The notes: generated from the sequence alone by a model not told the origin. 64,000 nt of DNA from Marsupella aquatica (GCA_973895155.1 OZ316895.1:5459181-5523180), one strand, 5' to 3'. Counted from the stretch's first letter, positions 22,774-35,896 are shown. Made by a program: numbers and translations.

Positions 22774-23620
22774 CTACATGTTCCACTCACAATCGATGTC
22801 CTCGAGCTCCATGAACTTCATCAGCTCCTCGTCGTCCTCGTCATCGCTACTGTCATCGCAGAACGTCCACCTACCACCTGCACAAGGCTAAGACGAGTGA
22901 GAACTCTCATCCAAAAACGAGAAAACTCTTTTTGAAACTTCCAACTACGACACAGTTGAGCTTTTACAGTCAAACTCATGCGTTCAATTCGAGTCCAATC
23001 CCCAAATGAGATCAAGAAAGGCAGTCTTCTTCGACTCTTACATACGGCTCGGTTCGGCCATGGATGGAACATGAAGATAGACAGAAATCTATGATAGATG
23101 AACGAATTTAGTAGAGCGAGTTGACATATTAACGAGCTCTACGAAGTTCATCAACATTTCATGTTCAGAGTTTCAATGCGTGGACAACAATAAAGCGTGA
23201 AGGGTAGCAAGTACCTGCGGCACACAAAATGTCGGCATTACGTACGCACTCATCTTCTATCCATCTGGAAACCTTTCGTACAGGAGAGGTAACGCCTGAA
23301 CCACTTATAACAAAATCACCGTCTCCACTGCGAATTAGCTGCCCATCGACGCCATGAACAGACACGCCGCCCTCCAGCTTCATGCCCTCCCCATTTTCTT
23401 CTATTAGGAGATCGACCATCTCCTTCGTTACCACGGCTATGAATCTTGAAGGCAATTCGTCAACACCTAATGACGTTCCATTCCGAGAGATCTCAAACGC
23501 GGCATCTTGGTCCCACGACTCGGAGCTAATAAAGTAAGCTGCCTGGCCTTTATAAGTTACAAGAAACTCCCAGTGGCCTTCGTGCTGAAGATCTTGGAGC
23601 TGCTGTTGCAGCTTGTCCAT
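22774..23620 (-). CDS. Uncharacterised 169-aa protein, two coding exons, acidic C-terminal tail
   Basis: Exon 1 is 23620-23215 (MDKLQQQLQDLQHEGHWEFLVTYKGQAAYF...VRNADILCAA, donor GCAG|GTAC). The intron is 23214-22878 (acceptor TTGTGCAG). Exon 2 is 22877-22774 and stays in frame (GGRWTFCDDSSDDEDDEELMKFMELEDIDCEWNM*). An alternative upstream ATG is at 23674. No family was recognised. Confidence 0.7.
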
Positions 23621-25369
23621 GCGGAGCACAGACTCGGGATTTCTGAAGAAGATTTTGAACCTGAAGGGCAACATTTGCTCACTGTCAGTGTCTTATGCTT
23701 GGGTGTGGGGTGGGGGGGGTCCCCTACAGAAGGAGGAGAAGGGGCCCTTCCACATTTCAAATGCAAATGAGGTGGGCACAGCAGGTGATATCAGAAGAAT
23801 CAGAGTGCCAAAATCGCTCCCGGTTAGAGGATGCAAGTGCAAAGTGACGGTGCAATTATCTGTTCACTAAGTGAAATGTGAAATGTACTACCCTGCAAAT
23901 GGATGTCCATGGGAGGTGAGCCAGTGGTTCCCTTCCCACGAGAATCTACTACTAGTGCTACAAGCTCTACGGAAAAGCGTGTCGGCTCCAGTGTGCAAGA
24001 TAGTTATGAGTTGCTTCAGACGTCTCGAGCCAAACCACATTAAGAACGACAACTGTCCGCAGACAAAGAAACAGGGACGAAACGACAAAGAACACGAGCA
24101 ACTTACGGGTCCACAATCGTAACGTCCCCTTTCAAATGCACACGTCCATCGCCAAGCGGCCGAACACACGCACGCTTCTGCTCGGCATAGACGACATTTT
24201 GCTTCCAGCTTAAGTCCTCGTAGTTTGTCTTCGCGACACTGTTGTTTGCTACAATTCTCCACTTCCAAAATTCATCTCTTATGCAAGCCTCTTCGCAGTA
24301 TCGATTAACCTGGACACACCCGAAACGACCACTGTCAGCCAGCGGATTGCTCAAGCCCCAGACAGCCAGCCTAGTGCGCGAACGGATCCGAAATTACAAA
24401 ATCAAAACCCAGGAAATTCAAGCAGATTCCAGAGAAGAAAAGCGATTGTGTCAAGAGAGCTGCACCTCCATTGTCTCTACTTCCATTCCAACGCGACAGC
24501 AGACTTGATCACTAAATTGCTATTGTACTCGAGCTCTCAACCTCCCCCTCATCTAACCGACAGCGATCCGGAAACACACAGAGTGCACCGTCTTTCACAG
24601 CGTCCTGCTTCCGCAGTCAATCCGACCCAGAAATAACAAAGCAAAAAGGCTGTTCGTGTATTTGCAAGAGCAGCTCACGCATTCATCAGTTCCGTCAATC
24701 AATCAAGATCCCACATCGACACACTCACTGGGCTCCGACAATACCATTTGAGCCGTCCCTTCCACTTACATATAGGTGGGGATCCGGCAGCCAAAAAGTG
24801 GCCGCGATTTGTACTCTAGCACACTCTGCATCTCCCCTCGCGACACCAGCGACACCATCATCACTTCGATCATCAGGATGACAGTCTTATTACACCTAGA
24901 GTAATTACCGCGCGGCGTCATTACAGTGGACAAAATCATAACCTACCGAACAGTAAAGGACTGTACGAGACGTCTCCATCATAAGGTGAAAGAAACGAAA
25001 TCCTTTGACTGACAGTAAACACGGATCTCAGATAGATGGGAATTGAATAATCGCTCATCCAGTCACGAGATCTGAACACTGAACACTGAACACTGTATCA
25101 GAGTCGACTTTTCATTGATGAGACACAAAATTACACCACCATTTCTTTCCCGAAAGTTACCGCGCGAGACATTCCGCCCCGATCCGTGGCCGGGGCCGAA
25201 CTATTCACGAGGATCTCAGACCCTTTTTTAATCATCAACGCGCTCTGTCTCGCGTGAGGACATCCATCGTTTTGGAGTACTGTCAGTCCGTTTGCTGATC
25301 GGAAATGTAACCGAGAATGGGGAACAAAACAACTTCCGTTTCGTTTCCGCGAATCACTTCGTTGTGTAC

Positions 25370-26430
25370 GAAAATGGATCGTTTCGCTTCGGCACGCTTC
25401 GCATGCTGAAGGAAAGGTTCAGACACATGCCCGGATGGACCTGGACTCTGAACTCTCTGGCCCGCATAGCCCTTGTGACAACCCTTACACCCTTGCTCGC
25501 TGACACTCCTCTCTTACAAAGGTTACACCCTTCACTCAAATACTCAATGTAGGTCGAAAATGGATCGTTTCGCTTCGGCGCGCTTCGCATGGTGAAGGAA
25601 AGGATTTCAGACACATGCCCGGATGGACCGAGAGCCTGAACCCTCTGGCCCCCGTGGACCTTGTGACATCCCTTACACCCTCGCTCGCTGACATTCTTTT
25701 CTCTTACAAACGTTACATCGTCACTCAATCCAGGTGAAGGGAAGGTTCAGACACATGCCCGGATGGACCGAGAGCCTGAACCCTCTGGCCCCCGTGGACC
25801 TTGTGACACCCCTTACACCCTCGCACGCTGACATTCTTTTCTCTTACAAACGTCACATCCTCACTCAATGCAGGTGAAGGGAAGGTTCAGACACATGCCC
25901 GGATGGACCGAGAGCCTGAACCCTCTGGCCCCCGTGGACCTTGTGACACCCCTTACACCCTCGCTCGCTGACATTCTTTTCTCTTACAAACGTTACATCC
26001 CCACTCAATATAGGTGAAGGAAAGGTTCATACACATGCCCCGATGGACTGAGAGCCTGAATCTTGTTACCCTCATGGACTGTGGTACTCCTTACACCCTT
26101 GCTCACTGACATTCGTTTCCTTTACAAAATATATACACTCACTCACTTTATTTTTGAAATATTTACAAAAGATACATACCCGGACGGACTGAGAGTCATT
26201 TTTATCGTTACAACAGTTACACCCTCACTTACTTACATTCTTCTGGGTTACCAAACTCACCACCCCACTTGCTGACATTCTTACAAGAGGTTTTGACCAT
26301 TATATTTTCTCCTTCAATTTCTCGTTCGGGATGCTTTGCATGATGAAGGAAAGCTCAAGACACATGCACGGATGGGCAAGAGCCTGAACCCTCTAACCCC
26401 ATCGACCAAGACACCCCTTACACCCCCACT
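25370..26430. repeat. Tandem array, 140-bp unit (about 3.5 near-identical copies plus degenerate flanking copies)
   Basis: GAAGGTTCAGACACATGCCCGGATGGACCGAGAGCCTGAACCCTCTGG... recurs at 25601, 25741, 25881 and 26021 (exact 140 spacing). Degenerate copies occur at ~25412 and ~26350. Confidence 0.95.
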
Positions 26431-26870
26431 CACTGCGATTGTTCTTATGACAGTCACACCCTCACTCACTGACATTGTTAAGGGTTACCAAACTTACACC
26501 CCCACTTGGTGACATTTTTTTGGCCTACAAAAGGTTGGACCCCCACTCACTGCGATTGTTCTTATGACAGTCACACCCTCACTCACTGACATTGTTAAGG
26601 GTTACCAAACTTACACCCCCACTTGGTGACATTTTTTTGGCCTACAAAAGGTTGGACCCCCACTCACTGCGATTGTTCTTATGACAGTCACACCCTCACT
26701 CACTGACATTGTTAAGGGTTACCAAACTTACACCCCCACTTGGTGACATTTTCTTGGCCTACAAAAGGTTGGACCCCCACTCACTGACATTTTTAAGGGT
26801 TACCAAACTTACACCCCCACTTGGTGACATTTTTTTGGCCTACAAAAGGTTGGACCCCCACTCACTGCCA
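26423..26870. repeat. Tandem array, 117-bp unit x3 plus a 78-bp partial, built from ~39-bp submodules
   Basis: CACTCACTGACATTGTTAAGGGTTACCAAACTTACACCCCCACTTGGTGACA...GGCCTACAAAAGGTTGGACCCCCACTCACTG repeats with a 117-bp period. The final copy lacks one 39-bp module. Confidence 0.95.
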
Positions 26871-27659
26871 TTCTTCTTGCTTACTTTAATGCCCTTCTTG
26901 ATTTTTCTCCTTGTCATTTTGGGTAATGCACAACCCAGATTTAGATGGGGCAGTATGTATATAGTATAGCCCTGTTCACGTGGCATTGCGTGCCATAATG
27001 CTAGGGTAATCAAGAGGTTGAATGCCCTCTAATCAAGACATACGCATATATACTTACATATCCTGTACTTTATCACTAATGCACTCCTTGATTTTTCTTT
27101 TTGTCAACAAAAATCTGTTAAACTTTAAAGTGTATAGTACTCCTATTTTGTACAAAATTCTAGGAAAATGTAACGAGAGCGACACCTCTGCCATAGAAAA
27201 CAAAATAAAAGATTGTATTACAAAAGAGATTTTATAGAATCTATTGCATGGCTTAATATTTTCCAATACTAACTTCTTCCATGTTTTCAACCAATTGGCA
27301 TGGTTTAGCTTTTGGAGCTATTTCACAATTTTAGTTTTCCCTGTCTGTTTTCGAAAAATCACTCAAATGTATACATATGTTTTCATATTCTCAGAATTCT
27401 GAGAATCAAAACTCATTTTGGAGGTACGTCATATCTCATAATGCCCTCTAAAGTAGACATTACTGCTATATACGGACGTAGTCACACATCCTTTGCTTCT
27501 TTCACAGTTACACATCGTGGTCCATTAGAGCGCGTCATTTTCACCACGCCAGGCTCATGAGTTATTTGACAGTCTCAGGATTTTATAAAAATTGTGGTAT
27601 AGTGAATTGGCTGGTGATACGTGCAAGGGAGGGAGAGACACGTCTATTTCAGGCGGAAC

Positions 27660-28595
27660 TAGTACCTGGTGGTGGGTGTGACAGGGCAGGCGGCTCAAAA
27701 ATAGTCAAAAGGAGTCAGCTTGGGTCCAGGGCACTGTAAAGGGCGGGGAATAGTGTCAGGCACTCAGACGGGCAGGCTTGAAAAAAATAATTACAAGGTT
27801 TATTACACGACCCAAATTATACTAAAATTGGATGGATGGATTGGAAACTGTAAGGAATGGGGAATGGTGTCAGGAGGGCAGACTTAAAAATAGTCACAAG
27901 CTATATTAGACGACCCAGAAATTAGTAGAAATTAGGTTGGCGCCTGTAAAAGGTCTGGAATAGTGTCACACGAGCAGACTCGAAAATAGTCACAAGCTTT
28001 ATTAGGCGACACCAAAAATAGTAACAGTTAGATTCGAGCCTGAAAATGGTGGGGAATTGTGTCACACGAGCAGACTCAGTCACTCAGCTATAGTCACAAC
28101 CCAAAAAACTGATTAAAATTACTGTAAGTTGGCGCCTCTAAAGGGTCTGGAATAATAATAATCACACGAGCAGACTTGAACCTAGTCACAAGCTCTATTA
28201 GGGGTGTGAAAAAAAAGAAGCAAAATTAGATAGAAGTCTGTGGGGGCCTGGGGGGGGGGGGAGTTGTGTCAGGCGGGCAGACTCAAGAATAGTCATAAGC
28301 TTTATTACACGATCCAGAAAATAGTAAAAATTATATTGGAAGCTGTAAGGACGCGGAGCAGGGTCAGGCGGGCAGAGTCACAAGCTTTATTAGACGACCA
28401 AGAAAATAGTAAGATTAGACTGGCGACTGTAAAGGATCTGGAATAGCGTCTTGCGGGCAGACTCAAAAATAGTCACAACCTTTATTGGGCGAACCAGAAA
28501 TTAAGAAAAATTGGATTGGCGACAGTCAAAGGATGTGGACTGGGGAACACTAACACTCGGGCAGACTCAGAAATGGTCACAAGCTTTATTAGGCA
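27660..28595. repeat. Degenerate tandem array, ~95-100-bp unit, about 9-10 copies
   Basis: Recurring GGAATAGTGTCA...GGGCAGACTC-AAAATAGTCACAAGCTTTATTAG-CGAC-CAGAAA...CTGTAAA. Confidence 0.85.
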
Positions 28596-30059
28596 ACGGG
28601 CAGTCAACGGACCTCAGGCCTTTTCTCGTCTTTTAACTTAACCTTTTGCTTTGGTCAGTTTTAACCCTTGGCACCCACCACCATTGTCCCACACCCCAGC
28701 TGGCTCTGGATGCTTTTGTACCTTTATAATATTCCAGGTCCCCCCAAAATTATTTTAGTATCAAATTACCCTCCATTTTGTATATGGGTTGGCTTAACCA
28801 GACTAGATTGACCCAACATGACACTTAAGTTGTCCAAACTGACTCTCTTTGACTGTAAAAGTGAAGGAAATGAGCAGAACCATGCAAATATTTCTACTCG
28901 TAGACAATAGTAGACACCAGCAATAATCAAACACCTACATTTGGGTGAGTTTTGGGTGGGGTAAACTGGCCCAGGGTGATGGTAAATTTAGAGGGTATTA
29001 ACCCATTGAAATCACATCCCTGTGTCCACGAGCAAATAGTGCACCATTGCAGGTTAGTCTAGTCGGGTACCTACCAGGTATGAGATTGACAGTAACCTAA
29101 CAATGAGGTTTCTTTCAAAGGCACATTAATAATTTTAGATAGAAAGTACTGCTGGGATACCCCACTTCCATGAACCTTGCAGCCCGGATGGACAAAGCCA
29201 CTCTCAACTAGAAAAATGTGAAATTTTCCACGAAGGGACAATGCTATCTAAGTACAGTTTTTTCTGCAGTCCATCTAGGTCTTTCTAGTCCATGAGTAAT
29301 TTTGTCAAACATTCAGCTTCATGGGGCTTTAGGTTTTTTAGACATAGGATAGTAAAAAACTATTTTATTGGTATCCAATGGTAGTTCTTATTTCAAGGTA
29401 AAAATAAACTTCAAGGTTTTTGAAAAGGTGACAACATTCAGAGACACTTATTTCATTGGCCTCTAAATGAAGAGTATTACTTGATGGACTCCACGAGTGA
29501 TCCAGATCGTCGATGGACTTGAAATCGACGTACCCAAAACACCTCAAATCAAGGAACCCAAAACCTCATGGGTTGGTTGGGGAGAAATCTCTGGTAAAGC
29601 TGTCTCTGACCGTTTCTGAACCCCAAGGACGGAACAGTACCGGACCGTAACGCAAAGATCTCCTGGGTCCCGAATTAATTGTCCGTATGAAGACCGTGCC
29701 AGAAATAGCCTGACCCGGCCGTACCACTCCAGATGAGGAGCGACTGGTCTTGTCGTGACATATGTTTTCTACTGTCGTTTCAGCGTATGGGCCGGGCCGC
29801 GGTCAGTCAGTCTCGCCTGCCCGAGTGCCCGTTGTCGTCACCCACGCTCCGGTCACAAGTGCACAACACCCTTGTGACCAGGATTCTATATTTGGACGGA
29901 TTCCTGCGGATGCCCCATTCGCGTCAACATACATGGCACGTGTCAGGGCCTCCGACATTGGGTGTGGGCTGGTCCAGGCGCCGTACGACCACTCACGTCT
30001 GGGCCAATGTACTTTTTGTCTTGAATGCGTGCCCGCTTGCATGGAGAAAAGTTTTCAAC

Positions 30060-30600
30060 TCCTGTCCCGTGTCCTCCTCCCTCACTTGCCAAAACTGGAG
30101 TAAAATAGACCACACTTTTATGGTTCTTTACTAGGCTTCTTTACATAAAGAACTGCGGTGGTGGGGCATTATTATTTTTCTTCTCTTATTGGGGGTGAGG
30201 GCTCCTCACCTCATTTGCTTAAAATAGACCAGAGTTTTATAGTTCTTTACAAGAATTCTTTACATAAAGAACTGCGGTGGTGGGGCATTGTTGTTTCTCT
30301 TATTGGGGTTGCCGGGTGGGGGGTGAGGGCTCCTCCCGCACTAGCTTTAAATAGACCAGGGTTTTATGGAGCGCCTTAAATAGACCAGACTTTTATTAAG
30401 ATGTGGTAAAGTCTAAAGTTCTGTTTACTCCATTAATGGCCGAAAGCTCTGAGTTTGAAGAGTTTAAAATTAGTAAGCTAAAAGTTTTTGGTACCTTTAA
30501 GTGTATAAAAATTCTGTTATCACAGCAATATTTTCCTTAGATAGACCAGGGTTTTATGGTTCTTGACATAAAGAACTGCTGCGGTGGAGTATTGTTTTTT
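30060..30600. repeat. Degenerate direct repeats (~120-bp unit)
   Basis: AAATAGACCA...TTTTAT(G/A)GTTCTTTAC...ACATAAAGAACTGCGGTGGTGGGGCATT occurs at ~30102 and ~30221, with partial copies at ~30349 and ~30541. Confidence 0.75.
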
Positions 30601-30974
30601 TTCACTAATTAGGGTGAGAGGGGCACGATGGTTACTCAAATTCCACTGGACCATATTCCCCGATTGTAAGAGATGATTTTGCAGAATGCTATGTTGATGT
30701 CGTCCATAGCTCGTCTTGTGGTAGACTTAGTGATTAACCAATTGATGGTTGACTCCTGAGTGTTTGTGGGAAAAACATGGAGGTGTGTGTCTCTTCACAT
30801 TTCTGAGCTATAAATTGAAAAGTCTGAATAAGCTCAGGAGTAAAATACAAAAGAGAGTATTAAAGGTGAATTTTCTAGAGGCCCTAATACCAACAGCCTT
30901 CAAGTTGGCCTCTCTGCAAAGGTAGTGAACATGGTGCTCACGGGTGTTCCCCCTTAGACTCTTTGACAATGTTT

Positions 30975-31320
30975 TGTTGAGTAAAGACAACATTCACAAC
31001 GGCAAGCTCATGATCATCCAATGCACAAGTAGTCGACATAGAGACATACATGGTTCACCTCAACTGAGGCTACATCCACAGGAACACACGAGAGCTTTAC
31101 TGCACTCTAGGGCTGTCGACCATACCAAGTCTCCGCAATACAAGATCTCTCTATGCTCAATTGGCTCTGTAACAATGAGCCCTTAGTTCCTCCTATCCAA
31201 GAAAACATCATTTGGGATATAGTGTGGAGCATGAATAACCTAACCTAGTCCACGACTAAGGTCAGCACTAACTAAAGTCACAATCACAACCCTAGACCTA
31301 AGAGTAAATGCCTAACATGT
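30975..31320 (-). mobile_element. Copia-type LTR remnant, same family as 17887-18376, inverted
   Basis: The reverse complement aligns by eye with ~18030-18380. For example, TTTTGTTGAGTAAAGACAACATTCACAACG...TGGTTCACCTCAACTGAGGCTACATCCA matches TTTTGTTGAGCAAAGGTGACATTCATAACG...TGGTTCATCTCAAATGAGACTAACATCCA. Confidence 0.7.
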
Positions 31321-32954
31321 TCCCATTCACATGTTGTCATACAATGTTAGTTTCTGGATACCACAACAACCTTGGTTCATGCAGATTATGCAATGAGTAT
31401 TCTTGTATCTAGAGTTGCACATTCAAAGAGATGCAACAAAACACACCTTGTTAACATTGCCTTGGAGATGCTATCAAGGCATTCTGAAAGTTCACATCCC
31501 TATAAAGTCTTTCCACTATAAATCCAAATCAAGTATTTCACTGGTCAGCATAGTTTTACATAGAGTCCTATTTGTTTGCGGGCCTGTCTCTCTCCTGTGC
31601 CCCCTTTTGCTTCCTTGTAATATAACATAGTTGTGTCTTTGTGCATTTTTGTATATTTGAATCAAGCATTTGATGTAAAACATAAATACCCAGCTAAACA
31701 CACAATGTGATTGTTGTATAAATAAGAGAAAGCATTTTGTATTGGGACAAGCCAAATATATATCTGTCACCCGTTTAGCGGCAGGCCCCCATTTGTGAAG
31801 GAGATTTAAAGCACTGCAATAATTTCTGCCCTAAATGTTTGTCAATAGTGAACATAGATTCTAAGCTTGGATAACATTTGGGAAGTCAACAATACCCAAA
31901 ATTTGACAGCCATTCTACTTCTTAGTAGCCAAAATTATTGCTGATCATGCCTTACCACAGATCCAGTGTCGCCATTTTGCTAGAGAAAACTGACTCGGAT
32001 GCCTACAGGGTGTGTTGAATCCTATACTGCATTGACTTCTTCACCAGTTTCAATATAAGTTGTGCATTGCTGTATATTGAGGCATTTTGTGAAGTAAAAA
32101 GGGCAAACAAAATCTGGGACAGCAATGGCTCACAATAATGTCCAAGGAGATATTGGTTTAGGGAAGGGAAATAACTTAGTGTGTCATTTGTGGAAGTGGA
32201 CGCTTGGATATACACAAGAGTTTGACACCAATATTCAGATTGACAGGAACTTTACAATGTCATGATACTCATGGAACCTTACAGTGTCATGATATTGAAT
32301 TGTACAATGAAGGTGTATATACATGAAAACCATGTAACCAAGGAAACCCAACCCCTTTAGTCAAACGAGAACCATCAGAATAATAGGTAAGGAACTTTCT
32401 TAACATCTTTCTTTCACACAAGGTCACATCTGCCCCCCCTGGCCAGAAAGGAAAAACCTTAAAGAATTACCTGTAATTTGAGCCAGCATTTTTTGGTGGA
32501 GAATCTTTGCTAGATTCTATCTATATGAAAACTCTTTGGCCACTTGAACAAAGTTGGCTTGGGTTTTTTTTTCTCCCATTAGCCACTCGATTAGCCAGTC
32601 TCTCATCTAGCCATACGTCTCACTAGCCGGAATCCAACACTTATCTTGAAATATAGGGGGTATGACTTAGGGGATTTGAAAGTCATAATTAACGTTAAAA
32701 AACTAGATAAGGAAGATTCGTAACATCTTCTCATCCACACGAGGTGACATTAGCCACCCTGGCGAAAACGGAATACCTTAAAAAACTACCTGTGGTTTGA
32801 TCATTAATAGGAAGATGTGAGAGACGAAGCGAGAGCAGACAAACAAGATGTGCGACACAAGCAACAGACAAATCTGGTTTTCAGACAAGAACGCTCCGAA
32901 TTGCGGGTCTTTCGATTTTGTCACTCTCGAGCCTTTCGTTCTCGCAGTAACAGT

Positions 32955-33570
32955 CATGATGAATGACGCCTCGATACAATGTCGTGTCGGTTCTGCACTC
33001 GGTATGCATATCATAATCAGGCAATCAATCAATCAATCAATCACTCGGCTGAGAAGCTGAGAGAGAGAGCACGATGAATGACGACTCGACACAAATGTCG
33101 TGTCGGTACTCGGTACCCACAATCAGTCAATCACTCACTGGGCTGCGAAGCTCAGAAGCTGAGCTCTAGAGAGCTTGCTTGATCTCTTGCTTGCTTGAGG
33201 AGCAACACGGCAGCGATTACTGTACCAGAGGTCAACCTTTCGAGATATCCTGATGCAAACCAGTAGGCAGTAGGCAGCACCACCAGTCCACCACCCGCCT
33301 TTCTATTCATGGGCACATTCTATTCATGGGCACAGAATCACAGATTACAGAAACTAATCTGAGAGAGAAGCTGACGAGACTTGCTTGCTTCGTTGCTTTC
33401 TTGCTTGCTTCGTTGCTTTCTTGCTTGCTTGAGGAGCAACACGGCAGTGATGATAGGTGGTGCGGCAGTTTTGTATCAGAGGTCAAACTTCCCAGATCCT
33501 GATCAGAAGTCCTCATGCACCGGTAGGGAGCAGCACTAGTCCACCACCTCCCTTTCTATTCATGGGCATA
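32955..33570. repeat. Cluster of local duplications and (TTGC)n/(CAAT)n microsatellites
   Basis: GATGAATGACG...GTCGTGTCGG occurs at ~32958 and ~33073. TTGCTTGCTTGAGGAGCAACACGGCAG...CTTTCTATTCATGGGCA occurs at ~33187 and ~33421. Confidence 0.75.
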
Positions 33571-35896
33571 GACGACAGAACACAATCTGGAACAATATCT
33601 TGCTGATTCCTGGGATTCTGGCAATCAGCTGAGGCCCGACCAACCATTTTTTCTATTGTTTTTTGGTTGGGTCTTGGACGAGTGTGAGAGGTGGTTTTTG
33701 GTTGGGTCTTGAATGGTAAAGATCTACAGGGGCATTAACCACGGTACAGGGGGCTTTGTGTAGTGTAACCCATGACCCAAAGGGGATTATTATGGTATGT
33801 AATCCAGGAGGGCCGGAGGTGACCCAGAGGGTTACAGCAACGTCCCCCCACTGCCATGGTTTAAAGGAGTGTAAGTCCAGAGTGTAGTTTTGCCCTATTT
33901 CTACCCTGAAAATCCTTGAAATTGCCCAAAATCTCATAGTAGTACCTGGGCCACCCCAGCACCAGTCCTGTTAGGGGGTTATGGTTCATAATCATCCATA
34001 GAAATACAAAGCAAAAAATATAGGAGAGGTTTAAGAGTCAAGGAAAGAAACATATTTTCTCATTATGAGAAACAAGCTTGAGTGTTGCTTTTTGGTTGGG
34101 TCTTGATTTACATGAGGAAACTACTGGAAACCTCTGTACTGGGGTTTCCAGTCAAGAATCAAACCATTTTTCCCTCATTGTGAGAAAGGAGTGTAAAAAC
34201 ACTAGAGGGCTACCCTTTAGGGCATAAGGTGTAGAGTGAAGCCTCTAGACCATCACTCTAGGGGGTGTAATTGACATTAGGATGGAAAATGGGTTTGGGG
34301 CCGTGGCAGGATAAATCTTAGTTTGAAAATGGCCAAACCCACTCCTGTTTACTTTCAAACAACAGGCACACCGGCTCGTATTATTTCTGATGAATGCATT
34401 TCAATCATTCAATTTCCCTAAGCTGATTGGGATGGGTAGTACATCCTTTCTCTATCAAAGTGATGGTAGGAGTTCTTTCAAAGAAGCGATTCTGCAACTC
34501 AGCAGAGGGACCCCCTCTTAGTTATCCTAAGCGAATGGAGTCTGCACGCTCAACCTACTTGGTAGTTAATTAGGTCGCTATTAGAACTTTGTCAAAGGTC
34601 CATCTTGATATTTTGAAAAAAATGTGACAGTCTAAATCCGGCCCCATCTGGATAAGCTTTATAAAATATGGGAGCAATTGCTGTTTGAACTCTAAAGCAA
34701 ACTCATGGGGCCATTTCCTGTTCTGAAGATAGAGTAAGTGAGCAAGTAGAGTCACCCAGGTAAGATTGGGGTAGTAACAAACTCATGGAACCACGTCAGC
34801 CAAAATAATGCAAATAACATGGAAGGATCCAAATTGGGAGAAACGGCCAGAGGAGCAGATCCCATTCCAAACCAGCATCATTCTGGGTCCAAAGCTCAAA
34901 ATAAGGTCATACTTAAGCTTCTGTATATGCAGAAAAAGGTTGACATTATGCTCTGGTTTTTATAAACACTGTCGATCATAGACAGAAACCTTCAATTATA
35001 GCTGCCAAATATGAAAGAAACAAAATAGTGGTGTCTTCTTTTTCTATCCAGATATTCTGAAGTTTAAGTGAAACTCTTGAGCTGTAAAATGGAAGGTTGT
35101 GTGGCTCTTCCCCATTGTCTTTTCTTTTTGACTTTCAAAATCTTAACCTTACCCCTCCATCTTACAATTACGCACGTGTTTAAATTGATAAGATGGAGTA
35201 TGGAGTTGCATTGGTAAATGCCTTTGCCAGGTCAGATGAAAAAGGAACCCTTGTCTGTTACCTTTATTGCATTGGTGAATTCTTTTGCAACACTTTTTCA
35301 AAAACAAGTGATTGCATGATTTATAAAACAACCAACATCATTGGAAGGATCGGGTGCTGGTCAAGTGTTCAAACTTGCACCATTCAATCGCATTCAAATT
35401 TAGCACTTGCAGGATTTTATATAGTGCTACACGCAAGCACGAGGTCGACATAATACAGACTAGTTAATAATGGCTTGGCACATTGGGCCCAATCCATATA
35501 GAGGTAAGAAATTGCAAGTTTGTGATATAACACTACATACAAAGAGGCAAGACTGGACTCTTGAAATCCAGGTTGAAATCCCTTAGATTGTTTTCTCTTA
35601 TAGAAGCCAATGTGGCATCAATGGCTACATCCCTCAACAGTCAGAAGCTGCTATTCTGTCAATAAATACCCCATAGACAAGGGACTTCACCAACTCTTGT
35701 GCAAAAGTGTAAGCCCAGGGTTAAGATTGAGTGATGGATGGTACCCACTTTGCTCAAGCTCACATGAAAGTAGCCACACACCAGTATTCCCTTTGAAAAA
35801 GAGTTTGTCCGCATTTGGTCAATCTTGAAAATGTGCTGCAAGGAACTTATAGAAGGTCCGTTCTAGGCTCAGGGGTTTCACTCCCACAAAAATGGC

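Noticed and set aside
26709-26969. Repetitive 86-aa ORF
   Set aside because: Artefact of the 78/117-bp tandem repeat, with a TTG start.
25370-28595. CRISPR-like array
   Set aside because: The units are repeated in full with no unique spacers, the context is eukaryotic, and no cas genes are present.
25370-30600. rDNA intergenic-spacer subrepeats
   Set aside because: No recognisable 5S, 18S or 26S rRNA sequence is nearby.
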